A stretch of 64,000 bases of DNA from Callorhinchus milii (GCF_018977255.1 NW_024704742.1:108130001-108194000); one strand, 5' to 3'; counted from the first letter of the stretch, positions 1 through 12,180 are shown. The notes: a model not told the origin generated them from the sequence alone. Translations and numbers: made by a program.

Positions 1-630
1 TAAATTCACAATGAAATTATCCTTTTAAAAAAAGATTGTGTTTACTTAGAAACTATAGGAGCAAATTTTGCTGAAAGCACTGAACAGGATAGAAGATCAA
101 AGCACGAGCTACCCAGCAAGCACAGAGCAGAATGGCCCTGCAAGAAACCTCACAAAAACCACCTACATTATTTTGCACATGGCAGCCATTAAAGTAAATT
201 ACCACAATTAAAATATTTAATTGCCACCAATTTGAGGTGAAAATGAAGCCAATAAATCTTTTATCACAAGTTAGGAGCCTGTTACCTTTATAGACTAGGT
301 TTCAATCAAGCTTGCTGTAACCTCCAAAAGGCAAAATCTTTATCTTCCTAATAGGTCTAGCTCTTGAACAAAAATGGAACAGTGTTTCTTTGAAACCACA
401 CTGTATCTCTATTTAATACATAATTTACAATCCTATTGATTTATTGGGTTTTGTTGCAAATCATTTATAATACATCACTTCTCAAGGTGTTTTGAAATCG
501 CTCGAAAATAATGCAATTGGTATCCAGTGCTGAACTAAACATAATAATACTGATATGAACTAGATGATAATAATCATGATAATAAGATATAATAAGTTCT
601 TATATGATAATGGATGATAATAAGATATGC

Positions 631-1278
631 CTAGATATGAACCAAAGCTAAAACTGGTTGATTAACAAAGATCCGAGAGCCCAAACAGCTCTCATAATAT
701 CAGCACAAGACCAAACTATTTCTACCAGTTATTATGAAAATAAGATCTTAAGGAGAAACATTGATCCAAAATGCAGAATATGCCGCCAGGCGTCAGAAAC
801 AGGAGACCACATATTCTTATCGTGTCCAGCCCTAGCACAATCAGAGTATCTGATTCAACATAGCAATGGAGCTAAATATATTCACTGGACAATTTGTAAA
901 CACTTTGATATTGATATAAAGACCAAATGGTATGAACATCAACTAGCAAAAATGACATCGGAAAGTAACATTACAATAACCTGAGACTCACAAGTACATA
1001 CAGATAAAACAGGAATCTGTAACAAACCAGATATTATCATAATAAAACAACTAGATTGTACATGTAGTATTATTGATGTGGCTATCCCAAGTGATCACAC
1101 TGTAAGAAATAAGGAACTAGAGAAGATCAGGAAATATATCGATCTACAAATTGAATGCAGACATATGTGGCAGTATAAAACATAGTTCTTATATTTATCG
1201 GTGCAACTATTAATAAGAGTATTCAGAAATGGCTTGACAAAATATCTAGTGAATAAAATATCAACCTCCTGCACAAAG
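631..1278 (+). mobile_element. Decayed, 5'-truncated RLE-type non-LTR retrotransposon (R4/Dong/Rex6-like), C-terminal CCHC knuckle plus restriction-like endonuclease
   Basis: ORF 658-984 has IISAQDQ and CRIC..ET.DHI..SC (CCHC), then HSN..KYIH..IC and KWYEH. Reading through TGA 982-984 (expected W of 'LWD') gives DSQVHTDKTGICNKPDIIII..IIDVAIP..KELEKIRKY..L..E..MW (PD..D RLE motif). After a frameshift comes IVLIFIGAT. Stops and frameshift indicate it is inactive. Confidence 0.85.
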
Positions 1279-1602
1279 TAATAATAATAATAATAATAAT
1301 CCTTGCATTTGATATAGCGCTTTTCACGTCGGGAGGACGTCCCAAAGCGCTTCACAGAACACACTGTAAAGTGAATTGACTGTATATTTGTGGGCGAACG
1401 CGGCAGCCAATTGCGCACAGCAATGTCCCACAAACAGTCTTAGATTGAAAATGACCAATTTATTATTGTTTTTGGTTTTTGAAGGGATTATTATTAGGCA
1501 TGTGGAGTAAGGAAACTTGCCCAAGGTTTCGCCCTGCCTGGAATTGAACTCAGGTCTCTCACTTGCAAAGCGAGTGCTCTAACCACTGAGCTACAGGACT
1601 CC
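1279..1602 (-). mobile_element. Young full-length tRNA-Ala-derived SINE, short form (truncated CORE-like segment, L2-type tail)
   Basis: Minus strand has A box TAGCTCAGTGG, anticodon arm with TGC, B-box-like GAGTTCAATTCC, CCTTGGGCAAGTTTCCTT, and tail GCGCTTTGGGACGTCCTCCCGACGTGAAAAGCGC + (ATT)n. Near-identical to 56861-57177. Confidence 0.92.
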
Positions 1603-1712
1603 GTAGCTATTTTAGGAAATAAACATGCTAAGAAAAGTAACATTCCTATGTACCTATGTACCGTGGCAAACTGTAATAACATAATAATAATAATTATATT
1701 GACATACATATA

Positions 1713-1968
1713 TTTTCATGTCAGGGGGTTACACCAAAGCGCTTCGCAGCATATAGTGCAAAGTGGAGTGACTGTTTTGTGGGTGGATGCAGCAGCAAAT
1801 TGCACACAGCAACGTCCCACAACCAACCATGAATTGAAGGACTAATTTTATTGGAGGGATTGTTGGCCTGGACACCCAGAGAAGCTCCCTTCTCTTTTTG
1901 AATAGTGCCATGGGATCTTTAATGACCACCTGAACAGACAGACAAGACGTGGGTTTAACATCTCATCC
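1713..1968 (-). mobile_element. DeuSINE (SacSINE1-like) fragment
   Basis: Reverse complement contains AAAGATCCCATGGCACTATTCAAAAAGAGAAGGGAG..GTGTCCAGGCCAAC (Deu-domain motif) followed by the shared SINE 3' region. Confidence 0.8.
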
Positions 1969-2199
1969 ACATTGGGAATAGTTTTATTGACCTACCAATC
2001 AATAGCTGAACTCCAGTCTGTGAAGTATGGTACACTGAAGCAGGGCAACAATATTAAGTCTGAAATAGTTCAACCAGAATGTTAAGTCTTTAAGAGGTTG
2101 AATGGCTAGGAGACGCATGTGAACAAATGCAGCAATTTACATTTATCTAGGATCTATCATATCGAGTGAATGCCCTCAAACTGAGCTCTGTGTGCATGT

Positions 2200-2410
2200 A
2201 TGTGTGTGTGTGTACATGGGGTGGGGAGCTGAGGAGTAGGAAGGAGAAAAGGAGCTGAGGAGAAGGGACGGGGAGCTAAGAAGGTGGTAGCAGAGGAAGG
2301 GGGGGAAGAAAAAGTGGCCAAAAGTGCAGTTGAAAAGATAGGTCTTAAGATAAGGTTTCACGTTGGGGATGGAGGGAGGAAAGGAGTGAGTCACTCCTGA
2401 AAGCTCACCC
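2200..2410 (-). mobile_element. Old L2 3' fragment
   Basis: Minus ORF contains KPYLKTYLF (L2 ORF2 end, cf. LKTFLF) followed by a pyrimidine-rich UTR. Confidence 0.55.
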
Positions 2411-2539
2411 ACTGATGAGTGCATTGGCTGCATGAAATGTCTGATGAAAATGTTTGAGAAACATGTTTTTTGAGAAAGTTATAAACAATATATATTTTTA
2501 AATTCCACAGAGCATTTTTATGATGACTACATTAACCAA

Positions 2540-3433
2540 CTCTCTCTGCCTCTCCTCTGAATGCCAAGACCACTGCTCTCCTGAGAAGTGCCTGTTGGAC
2601 ATTCAAGTCCTGAAAAAGCGCTAAGTCTCTCCAGTAAATGATGGCAAGACCAGGGCCCTCCTGCTTGGCTCCAGTCAGCGCCTTCTCACCTCAGGCACTG
2701 ACAGCATCACTGTACATGGATGCACTCCCCACGTCACTGAGCCAGTACGGAACCTCGGTGTTTTGTCCTTTAAACCCTGATTCTGTGCTATGGCTTATTC
2801 AGCCTTCCCTACCTCCGCAATATTGCCGCCTCCACCACCACCTTTCCCCTCAGGTCCCTGAGTCCGTATCCATGCTTCCCTCCATAGGCTGCAGATTATT
2901 CAGAACTCTGCAGCTCGTCTCTTCTCCGGCATCAGGCTCTGTGAACCTATCAGCCCCATCCTTGCCCGGCTTCACTGGCTCCGCAACTCTCAAAGGATCA
3001 AGTTTAAGATCTTCATCATCACTTTTAAAGTGTTCTTGCTCCTCTCAACTTCTGCAACCTGCTCAAACCTTACCAACCTGCCCACTCCCTCCACTTGGCA
3101 GGCACTGGCCTGCTTCACGTTCTCTCCCCTGCCCATCATTCCATCGATGGTCAGGCCTTCAGCCTTTCTGCCCCCACCCTCTGGAACTCCATCCCAGAGT
3201 ACCTTTGCCTTACTCGTCCCTCCTTCACAGTCTGTCTCAAGACCATCCTCTTTGACCGTCGGTCATCTTCCCACCCCCATTCCCCTTGCCCCACCCTTCT
3301 TGATTCTAACCACCCTCCTTCCCCTTGCCCCCAACCCTCTTGATTCTAGTTTGGATGCAAACCCTTAACTGACCAGTGCCTTGGGACATCTTCCCAACCC
3401 GGAAGGCGCTATATAAATGCAATTGTGTTGTTG
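2540..3433 (+). mobile_element. Degenerate 5'-truncated L2 LINE
   Basis: Colinear with 34560-35580 (LQIIQNSAAR-like segment, AFSLSAPTLWNSIP, LKTILFD). Ends GTGCCTTGGGACATCTTCCCAACCCGGAAGGCGCTATATAAATGCAA + GTT repeats. Confidence 0.88.
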
Positions 3434-4639
3434 CTAACCCCCATCCTCCCACAGAAACAAACAAATAAACAATATATTAAAATTATATCTTAAGGTGAAG
3501 GTGATAAGGAATTGAGAACAGAAAGTTTAGAAGCAGAAATTTCGGTGCAGAAGGATTCTCTATCGTAACTAACCTTTCTTGAAAGATGTTATGAATCTTG
3601 CAGACAATGGATCGTACAATGTTATGCAAAATTCTAATGTGCTCGGATTCAGTAATAACATCCTACTACTTCTCTTATTTTCATTACGAATTTAGAAATT
3701 GTCAGTAAAATCCAATTACATCCTATTTTCTACATAATACTGCGATTCCTGCATATTACATGAGGGTGCATAAACTAATAATAAAATGTATCTGCAAAAT
3801 TCAATTTTTTTGATTTATTTATTGTAACTATTGTTCTAACCTTGAGAGTGATGATCATTTCTTATATGAACATCACAGATAGCTCAATTAAAGTTTATTG
3901 CTGTGTAGATTTACGTCTTTAATATAGCATAAATTAGGAGCATGCAGTGCTTCATTCATAATGGTAGTTATAATAAATATTTGTGACATTTATCTTGGAT
4001 TGATCAATGTTATTTGCAAGAACACGTGCAGATTTAAATTTTGCTTGGCTGTACATTGGCTGCATATTTGCATAATATAAAACCGCTTATGATTGGGATC
4101 ACATCTAATTCCGTGCTCCGTAACTTGGAGAACTCGGATTTTCATCCATCAGGGGCACTGCTGTTGTGTGTGTTGTCCTTTGCTTGTCAACAGCTTGAAC
4201 AGTGGAGGAAAGAAAGGGCCTATTTCCTTCAAGGCTGATTCATCCCTTTTTCTAACAGTATCATTCAAAAACCTAAGTTCGGCACATTAACTTTGTATGC
4301 TTTCAGTAAGTGAATTCCTGGTAATCCATAAAGTTACCAGGAATCTTACTGTTGGAGATGTTTTCCAACATATTTGTCCCATCTATTTACAAGAGTGGGG
4401 TTTTCTTGACCTGCAGCTCACATGATTTGTTGCAAGCATGTCCACCCTCCAGTAATGGTAACATTTTTGTTGAAAGATTTGTGGAAGTAAAACTTTGCCT
4501 ACAAATAGACAGTCATAGACAGTCACTGTACTTCATAGGAACTTTGTGAATTTGTGAAACTTTCTTGACTTTTTTACATGATAGAGGTTATATTAGAAGC
4601 AATAATTATTATAGAAAGGAAGATAATTCAGTTATCTGT

Positions 4640-4890
4640 CAGATATAATACCCTAGGACAGACCAAGACAGTAGAACAAGAGGACATAGGTTCAGTGTAA
4701 TTACTCAGTGTAATTAATAAATGGAACAAGTTGCCAGGAATGGTGGTTGAGGCCACAACACTGGACTCATTTAAGAAATGGTTTGATGTTGTGATGGGAG
4801 GACGGTAGGGTGAAAGGTGCTATACAGATGTAATGTTGTTGTTGTATTCTGGAGGGATGAAATCAGATGGGTTAAAGGGCCTTTTTCATA
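4640..4890 (+). mobile_element. CR1 LINE 3' remnant with an embedded L2 tail
   Basis: AGAACAAGAGGACATAGG (TRGH motif) and TGGAACAAGTTGCCAGGAATGGTGGTTGAGGC (WNKLP..VVEA). An L2 tail TGAAAGGTGCTATA..GTTGTTGTT lies at ~4811-4843. Confidence 0.65.
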
Positions 4891-5344
4891 CAAACCAACC
4901 TCATGAGATGCAGTTTCCCCATTGACCTCATTGTCTAAGAAATGGCAAAACTCATTTACCATACTTGCTATCACCTTTCTTAGGAGTTTCACTGACTAGT
5001 CTTACTGGGTTTCTAATATATCTGTACCTTCTTATTCTGCTAAGAAATATTACACATTTCAGAATGCTCTCGATTTTTGTGTGCCATTTCCCACAGGTGT
5101 TGCAGGGTATTAAAGCCATTGAAACCAGACACTTGCCATCACAAAGAACGTACCTGTTACCTTTACACTGCATGCGCACTTGTGTGAGCAAAGGCATGCC
5201 TGTAAAGAATTCTCAAGGCTGGTGAATAATTTATTTTTCAGATATATTTTTGGCTTTCTCATATTCCAATGTCAAAAAATTTTCAGCAGCGAACAATCAT
5301 TTCTTTTCAAATGAAAAATTACTTTTAACATTCTCTGGAAGGTC

Positions 5345-5720
5345 AAATGCAGTTGCTGCTATATTTGTGGGTCATAGGCTGTGCCAATAAAAAAGGTGGA
5401 GCCACAATTTTTCCATGAAATCTGCTTTAACCAGCATTGTCCGCTAAAAACATTTAAAAAATTTAGTTTTGTGCTGCGGCTATTTATCTGATGCTATTTT
5501 GGTTGCAGTGGCTCTGGGTGGCCTTTGCTCCACTCCGAGGTCCCACTGTTGAGATTGTCTGTGTGTCTCTCTCCTCTGCGTGTTTGTCTGTGAGTATCTC
5601 TGCGTGAGTTTGTGTCTCCCTCCTCTGTGTGTGTGCCTCTCTGTGTCTATGGTTGTGTGTCTAGGAGTGTATGTCTCTGTGTCTTTTTGTGTGTGTCTCT
5701 CTCTGGGTGTCTGCGTGCTG
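5345..5720. repeat. Unclassified dispersed repeat ending in a TG/TC-rich microsatellite (copy 1)
   Basis: Patchy colinear similarity to 50040-50355, e.g. CTCCACTCCGAGGTCCCACTGTTGAGATTGTCTGTGTGT vs CTTCACTCGGAGGCCCCGCTGTTGTGATTATCTCTGTGTGT. Confidence 0.6.
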
Positions 5721-5985
5721 TGCCTGAGAGGCAGGAGGTGGTGACCTCCTAAGGCTCTGCAGTCAGGATACTGGCGGGCTTCGCAGGCAATGATGTTTTT
5801 TGGCTGATCTCCAGGCCCTTTGGGTCTGCACTGGTGTTTCTCTCCTCGCCCCACCCGCCCCCAGCCGAAACTTCTTCATGTTTAGTTTATATCAATAAAT
5901 AAAGCACCAACCAAACCTTTGCAATTTTCCAACATAGAATTTGCCAATTACCCCCACTCATTTGGACAAATATTTCCTTAATTTT

Positions 5986-6062
5986 CTATTGGTCCTGCTC
6001 ATAGGTTATGGGTTCTTTGAACCCATAACCTATGAGCAGGACCAATAGTTATGGGTTCTTTG
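5986..6062. repeat. Perfect 30-bp inverted repeat (3-nt loop) plus 15-bp direct repeat
   Basis: 5986-6015 is the exact reverse complement of 6019-6048. GTTATGGGTTCTTTG occurs at 6005-6019 and 6048-6062. Confidence 0.97.
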
Positions 6063-7574
6063 TGACTATCTAAAATCTATGTCCTCCAGTCACTGACTCC
6101 TTTTACCAGTGGTAATAGTTCCTCTCTATTCACCCTTTTGTTTATTTTTGCAGCTCCATTTGAGTAGAAACTGCACAGAGAAAAATATCTTTTTCATGAA
6201 CTATCAAGGAAATCCACTTTGAATGGACCTCATTATTACAGGTTCTGGGAGGCAGACTATTTTATTTCTAATATTTCTTTGCAACATAATGTAGCACATT
6301 AGCTGCAGCATGAATGAAGCCGCCAGCTACAATCCTCCAATTTCTACGGCAAAAATGCAGCAATTGTTACCATGGATATTCATTTATGAACTGTGTGTTG
6401 TAATCCTCTCCAGAAATCCATACAAGCAATGGAAGCGGGTCTCAGGATGTATCTGTAATTAAATAACAGATTACTGAGCTCAGAGTTTATATTGATAAAG
6501 CAGCTTGAACATAGATCAGAACCCCTAAGGAACTGATTCCCATAAAAAACAATTAATGTGAAGTCCCATACTGTTTGTTATGAAGACTGTAAAACAAAAG
6601 CGTAGTAGAGCACTGTGAATACTAAAAAGGATAAAGCCATTGTACTTATCAAGAAATGTGTGTCATAACTGGAATAAGTGAAGGATGTAGCAAAAAATTG
6701 GAAGAGAATGATTAAAGTAGAGCAGACCTGCCACTGTCTCCTGTGTACCAAGAGGAGTGTATGTTGTACACTGTAGAGGAGGGAGGATGCTCCCTCGAGT
6801 GAAGGACGCGATATAAATGCAAGTTGTTGTTGAGTGAACAGCACATCTCTCACGGTTTCAGAATATCACATTCTATTCGAATCAAAGGTTAACCAATGGA
6901 GAACAGTAAAATACCAAGTTTCCGGGAGCAAAAAATAACCTATGATTTAATCACTCCTTACTCACGGAATAATAAAACTCCCCAATATTCATTACCTTTG
7001 CACAATAGATGCAGTATAATTCTGTCAATTTGTTTTATTTGAGACATTTCAAGCACAGACTATGCTATAATACTCTATTATTCAATATGAATTAACTTGG
7101 CTTCTCTGTGTTTTTTTGGAAAAATCCCCCAAATAGATTGTGCATCAAGAATTACACTCAGAGGACTCAGGTTGATGCCTGGAACTAGGCTAAATGTTTA
7201 GTTCTGCAAAGCCTGGGATTCTGATCACATTTCTGAAGAGCCACTGATCAACAACAATAACAACTTGCATTTACATAGCGCCCTTCATGCAGGATAGTGT
7301 CCAGGACAGAGAAGTCCATGTCTCCTCAGGCTGGATGTATGGCCCGCCTGCTTTAAGGTGGCTGAGAGGGGAAGATTTACAACAGTAAAAATTGTGAAAG
7401 AAAATGACATTGGTCACATTGTTGGCACATCATGATAAGTTTTACAACATAACTGTTAGTGATGTAATGATTAGGCTAACATTTTGTTTTGGGAGTTTCT
7501 GACTGATAACAATAGACTCATTGTGTCCTTCCTCAGAGAGCAGTTGTCTTTCAGATTCTTCCATTAGTTGGACA

Positions 7575-7879
7575 CTGCAGTGTGCAATTGGCTGCCGCTT
7601 TTCGCCCACAAAATATACAGTCAATTCACTTTACAGTATATTTTTTGAAGCACTTTGAGACGTCTCAACAATGTGATAAGGCACTATATCAAATGCGAGG
7701 ATTATGAATTGGTCACTTTAATCCACGACTGTTTGTGGGACACTGCTGTGCGCATTTGGCTGCCACGTTTCGCCCACAAATATACAGCCAATTCACTTTA
7801 CAGTATATTCTGTGATGCGCCTTGAGATGTCTCGAAGACGTGATAAGGCGCTTTGTCAAAAGCAAGGATTATTATTATT
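7575..7879 (+). mobile_element. Two tandem 5'-truncated SINE 3' halves
   Basis: Two successive copies of ATTGGCTGCC..CGCCCACAAA(A)TATACAG..AATTCACTTTACAGT..tail; the second ends GCAAGGATTATTATT. Confidence 0.85.
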
Positions 7880-10139
7880 TTAGCATTACTATTATAGGGA
7901 TATCCTCACAAGGACGTTGATGACAAAATGGATGGAGTGTCAGGTATTAGTAAGCATTGCTTTGAATGAAGCCCTCGGTCTAATGCATTGTTGTTTAAAC
8001 ATTCACTAGATTCAGTAAATATTAACAGTGGTGTACTGGGATGCCTTATGAAATGCATACAGTTAACACTATACTGAATAATGCAGTGATTTGTTTGATA
8101 ATAAAAATCACAATACTTTACCCTTTTACAGCACTGATTGAAATACTGTATCTAGGCTGACAGTAAACTAACATCTCAAGTATTAGTTGCACCAGCTTTG
8201 AAAATTTTAGACTGTAAATTGTAGGCAATAGGATGTTGTAACATAATAATTATAAAAATGCATACAGATTTATTACCCATAAATAGTGCAAGATTTTGAT
8301 ATGAAATACAATACGAAATGGCATAACATTACCACAGATTACAATTAACAGTACTATGTAAGATTTTTTTTAAAACTGGTCTCCCAGTGCTGCTAAACAA
8401 GTAACATTACTTGATTCCTTTGCAAAGGGTTAAGAAATCACAAAGCTAGGTGAATGAGAAAATCAGGTTATTGAACCAGGAAGCAGGATGCTGCACCCTT
8501 CTATTGTGTTACTCGCTGGAATTTTGCCTGGAATTGCCTAATTATGATATACAACAGAGACCTGGGTTCATAGGGAATAAAATCATTTCTGCAGTGAAGT
8601 CTAAAGAACAAAAACCTTATTAAAAAAGATTAACTTCATTATTTTAAAATTCCACTCAGTTGAACAAACTGAATCTCCAAGCTCTAAATATTAAAGCAGT
8701 ACAATTATATTAGTGCAGGAGATAATACCTCAGCCTTTATCATAGACAGCTTTTGTCGTCTTAACAAGGTAATGAACTTAATAGACACAGCAGTTTTGAA
8801 TGAAAGATGCCTCAGGCGAGCTGACAGCTCATCCTATTTTATGCAGCGGCTTCATTAAAACAGAACCTCACGCTATTGGTATTATAGGATATAAAGGGGC
8901 TACTGGGGAAAGGTGAGACTGGCTTTCTTAATTCTAGGCTTCTAGTTATCTGTATAATCCTTCTGTTGAAATGTAATTTAATTTGGCTGGAAAACACATC
9001 TGTAAATGGTTCTAGGATTGATAAATGAGCACCCCAGGGCATGATGAACAATCTGTGTTGTACTTGAGTCTCAGAGTTTCTTGCAAAATAATGACAAATT
9101 TAGCACATTTACAATTAAAATATGTGCCACAAATGGCAGCAGTCTTTTTATTGTTGCATCTTTGACTATCAGTCAATTCAAATTTGCTGTGGTGGAATAT
9201 TTTTTTCAATTCCTAAACAAGAGCACGTTTGAGAATATGGAAACACACTGAACAATCCTGGGACAGGAATACCGACTGATGTGATGAAGATATGAGGATT
9301 CTGCTCTAAGTTCAACACCACTCAAGGGATTTCCACACTGCTTTCTCAACTGTAAGGAGTAAATAATTCATTTATTTCATGCTGTGTGCTTGCAGAGTAC
9401 AGTGTCTTTGAAAGTTCACGAATTAGTGAATAATGAAAGACTGCTTACAAATGGGATGTACAGCATAACTTATTCAGAAGGTGTCTAATGTTAGAAAAAT
9501 ACATTTAATTCTATCCCTCTTTGCACAGTGCATGAGTTATTTTGTGATGCAGAGAGCAATGATCTCATATTGTATTCTCTTCAAAATTATTTTGAACAAG
9601 AGCTTACAAATTAAACAGATGAAAAGCCCAAATTGAGATTGCTTTGGAAAAGCACAATGAAATATTTCACAAGTATGAACATGAATAGAAAATGTTATCA
9701 TTATTTATGGGGTGAGTGTGTGTCATCTAACATACATAATGTCTATTTTAGAGAATTACATTTTCATACATATTTGGGTATACGGAATATTTATACATAC
9801 AGTATTTTTTCACAAAGTAGTTGAGTAATTCAATGGCTTTATTACAACTCTACCTCTTGCTGTGACAATATTCAGCACTACCAGGTTAGATTTCTTTCAG
9901 ATCAACTTCACCAAGTCATTCATCATACAACTTTCCAACAATTGAATTGTACTCTCGTCCTCAGATAGCGGTTTCAATTCCATCAAAAGACATATTCGTT
10001 GCTTGCAATCTCAACTCATGGATTTCAGAATTTATGAGGTAAATTGAAGCTGTTCAGAAGAGCAACAGTGGCAGAATTCATTTCACTCATGATCCTTAAC
10101 AGACATCAAGCACATCACATTCTTCTAGTCTATGTGATG

Positions 10140-10284
10140 TGTTGAGATTGGGGAGAACAAGTTTGCAAGGCTATGAGGAGCGAGTGAGGAGTGGGATTAA
10201 TTTCGACAGCTCTTTCAAAGAGCCGGCATGGACATGATGGACCGAATGGCCTCTTTCTGTGCTGTATAATTCTATGATTCTATG
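10140..10284 (+). mobile_element. CR1 LINE 3' UTR remnant
   Basis: GATGGACCGAATGGCCTCTTTCTGTGCTGTAT followed by the (ATTCTATG)2 terminal octamer typical of CR1. Confidence 0.8.
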
Positions 10285-10629
10285 TGACAATGAGTGTCTT
10301 GGGGTAAGTGATATTGCTACTGTAACTGACAGTTACATCCACTGTCCTATTAGAAATTTAATGCTTAATCTCCAAAGAGAGCTGAATTTGTTACAAACAT
10401 TTTGATCTTTACGTTGCTTTAATCTAATGTTTGTCCAATGGATTTAAAATTTTCATTGTCACAAGTGGGAAACATTCTGGCTTTAAAACTGTTAGTTTTA
10501 ACAGCAGTGTCTAGAAGAAAACTAGCTTTCTAAGGACTTCAGGTGTCCAATGGCTTTTTCATTCAACATTTTATACAAAAAAGTTATGCTTCCAAATCTT
10601 GGTGCAAATACCACAGTAACAAAATACTG

Positions 10630-11300
10630 TACAACAACAACAAAATTACATGTGTATAGCGCCTTTCACGTCAGGAGGACATCCCAAAGTGCTGGACAGT
10701 CAGTGTTTCGGACCCGAGCTGGGGAAGATTGAGGCCAGAGGGGAAGGAGGGAAATCGAAGGCATGCTCGACAAAGTGGGTCTTGAGATGTGTCTTGAAGG
10801 AGACAATGGAGGGGGCAAGGAGGAGGGTCTGCAGGATGGAGTTCCAGAGTGTGGGGGCAGTGTGGCTGAAGGCCCGGCCACCAGTGGTGGGGTGGGCGAG
10901 CTGGGGGATGTGAAGCAGGCCGGAGCCCGCTGAGCAGAGGGAGTTGGCAGGTTGGTAGGGGGTTAGGAGGTCACAGAGATAGGGGGCAGTGAGGACATGG
11001 AGGGCTTTGAAGGTGAATACTAGGATCTTGAACTATATCTTCTGTGTGATGGAAAGCCAGTGGAGTCGGGCGAAGATGGGGGTGATGGGGTCGAAGGCAG
11101 CAGAGAGGTCAAGGAGGATGAGGAGACAGATGGAGTCCTGGTCGCAGATGGACAGAATGTCATTAGTCACTTTGACCAGAGCTGTTTCTGTGCTGTGGGC
11201 AGCACAGAAACCCGGTTGGAGGGATTCACAGAGGGAGTGGCAGGAGAGGAAGGAGCAGAGCTGGGAAGCAACAATTCATTCCAGGACATTGGAAAGTAAA
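10630..11300 (-). mobile_element. L2 LINE fragment with a large internal deletion
   Basis: Tail and 3' ORF2 at 10630-11090 are joined directly to an RT segment (minus strand: [24 protein letters not shown]) at 11091-11300. Confidence 0.88.
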
Positions 11301-11624
11301 GGTCCTGGAACGATGTAACCTGTAAAGAACAATTTATCTATTGATTTAGGAAAATTCTTGATATAGGCAAATCAAGACTGAATTCAGAAAGTTTCCAAAT
11401 TTCTACAATGTTCTTAAAGCTAAGACTTAAAGAAATCCAAGTCTAAGTTGCTCTATTTCTTAAAACAATCCCTTAATAATAAAGCCCCGTGAAGTGAATG
11501 AATGATTTACTGACTTACCAAAACACTGAAACTGTTAGTGAAAGATAAGGCTGTGCATGTTATAAAATAAATTATAATGCTTGCATTTGATCTTGTGCCT
11601 TGAGCCACAAAATAGAAGTCACAG

Positions 11625-12180
11625 CAACAACAACAAGATTATATTTGTATAGCGCCTTTCACATCGGGAGGACGTCCCAAGGCGCTGGACACTGTACAAC
11701 ATTTCAGACCTGAGCTGGGGTCAGGGAGGGAGAAGGGAGGGGAGGAGAAGGGGGTTGAATGATGACATGGTCGAAGAGAAGGGTTTTGAGGTGGGACTTG
11801 AAGGAGGCTAAGGAGGGGGTGAGGAGGAGTGATTGCTGGATGGAATTCCAGAGGTTGGGGGCAGAGTGGCTGAAAGCTCTCCCACCAATGGTGGGGCGGG
11901 TGGATGGGGGACATGGAGCAGGCCAGAGCCAGCTGAGCGGAGGGAACGAGCGGGTTAGTAGGGGATTAGGAGGTTACAGAGGTAGGGTGGGGCGAAGCAT
12001 GGAGAGCTTTGTAGGTGAGGACCAGGATCTTGAACTGGATCTTCTGAAGGATCGAGAGCCAATGAAGTCGGGCGAGAATGGGGGAGATGGGGTCACAGAG
12101 TTGGTGCGGGAGAGGACACAGGCTGCAGAGTCCTGGATTATCTGCAGCCTGTGGAGGGAGGAGTTGGGAAGGCCGACAAA
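11625..12180 (-). mobile_element. 5'-truncated L2 LINE
   Basis: (CAA)n plus AGCGCCTTTCACATCGGGAGGACGTCCCAAGGCGCT. Minus ORF GLPNSSLHRLQIIQDSAACVLSRT. Confidence 0.9.

Noticed and set aside
4350..4498. Minus-strand exon-like segment (tttgtag|GCAAAG...CCAACA|gtaaga) reading AKFYFHKSFNKNVTITGGWTCLQQIM*AAGQENPTLVNRWDKY, with an in-frame TGA raising a selenocysteine idea
   Set aside because: All three frames contain stops, the acceptor tract is weak, it resembles no selenoprotein I know, and no partner exons or SECIS were identified.
5480..5854. 124-aa minus-strand ORF rich in T/H/R
   Set aside because: It is a translation of the TG/TC microsatellite.
9901..10038. Plus-strand AG..GT bounded 138-nt segment with one open frame (STSPSHSSYNFPTIELY...)
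   Set aside because: No recognisable protein similarity and no compatible neighbouring exons. Such segments arise by chance; RNA-seq would be needed.
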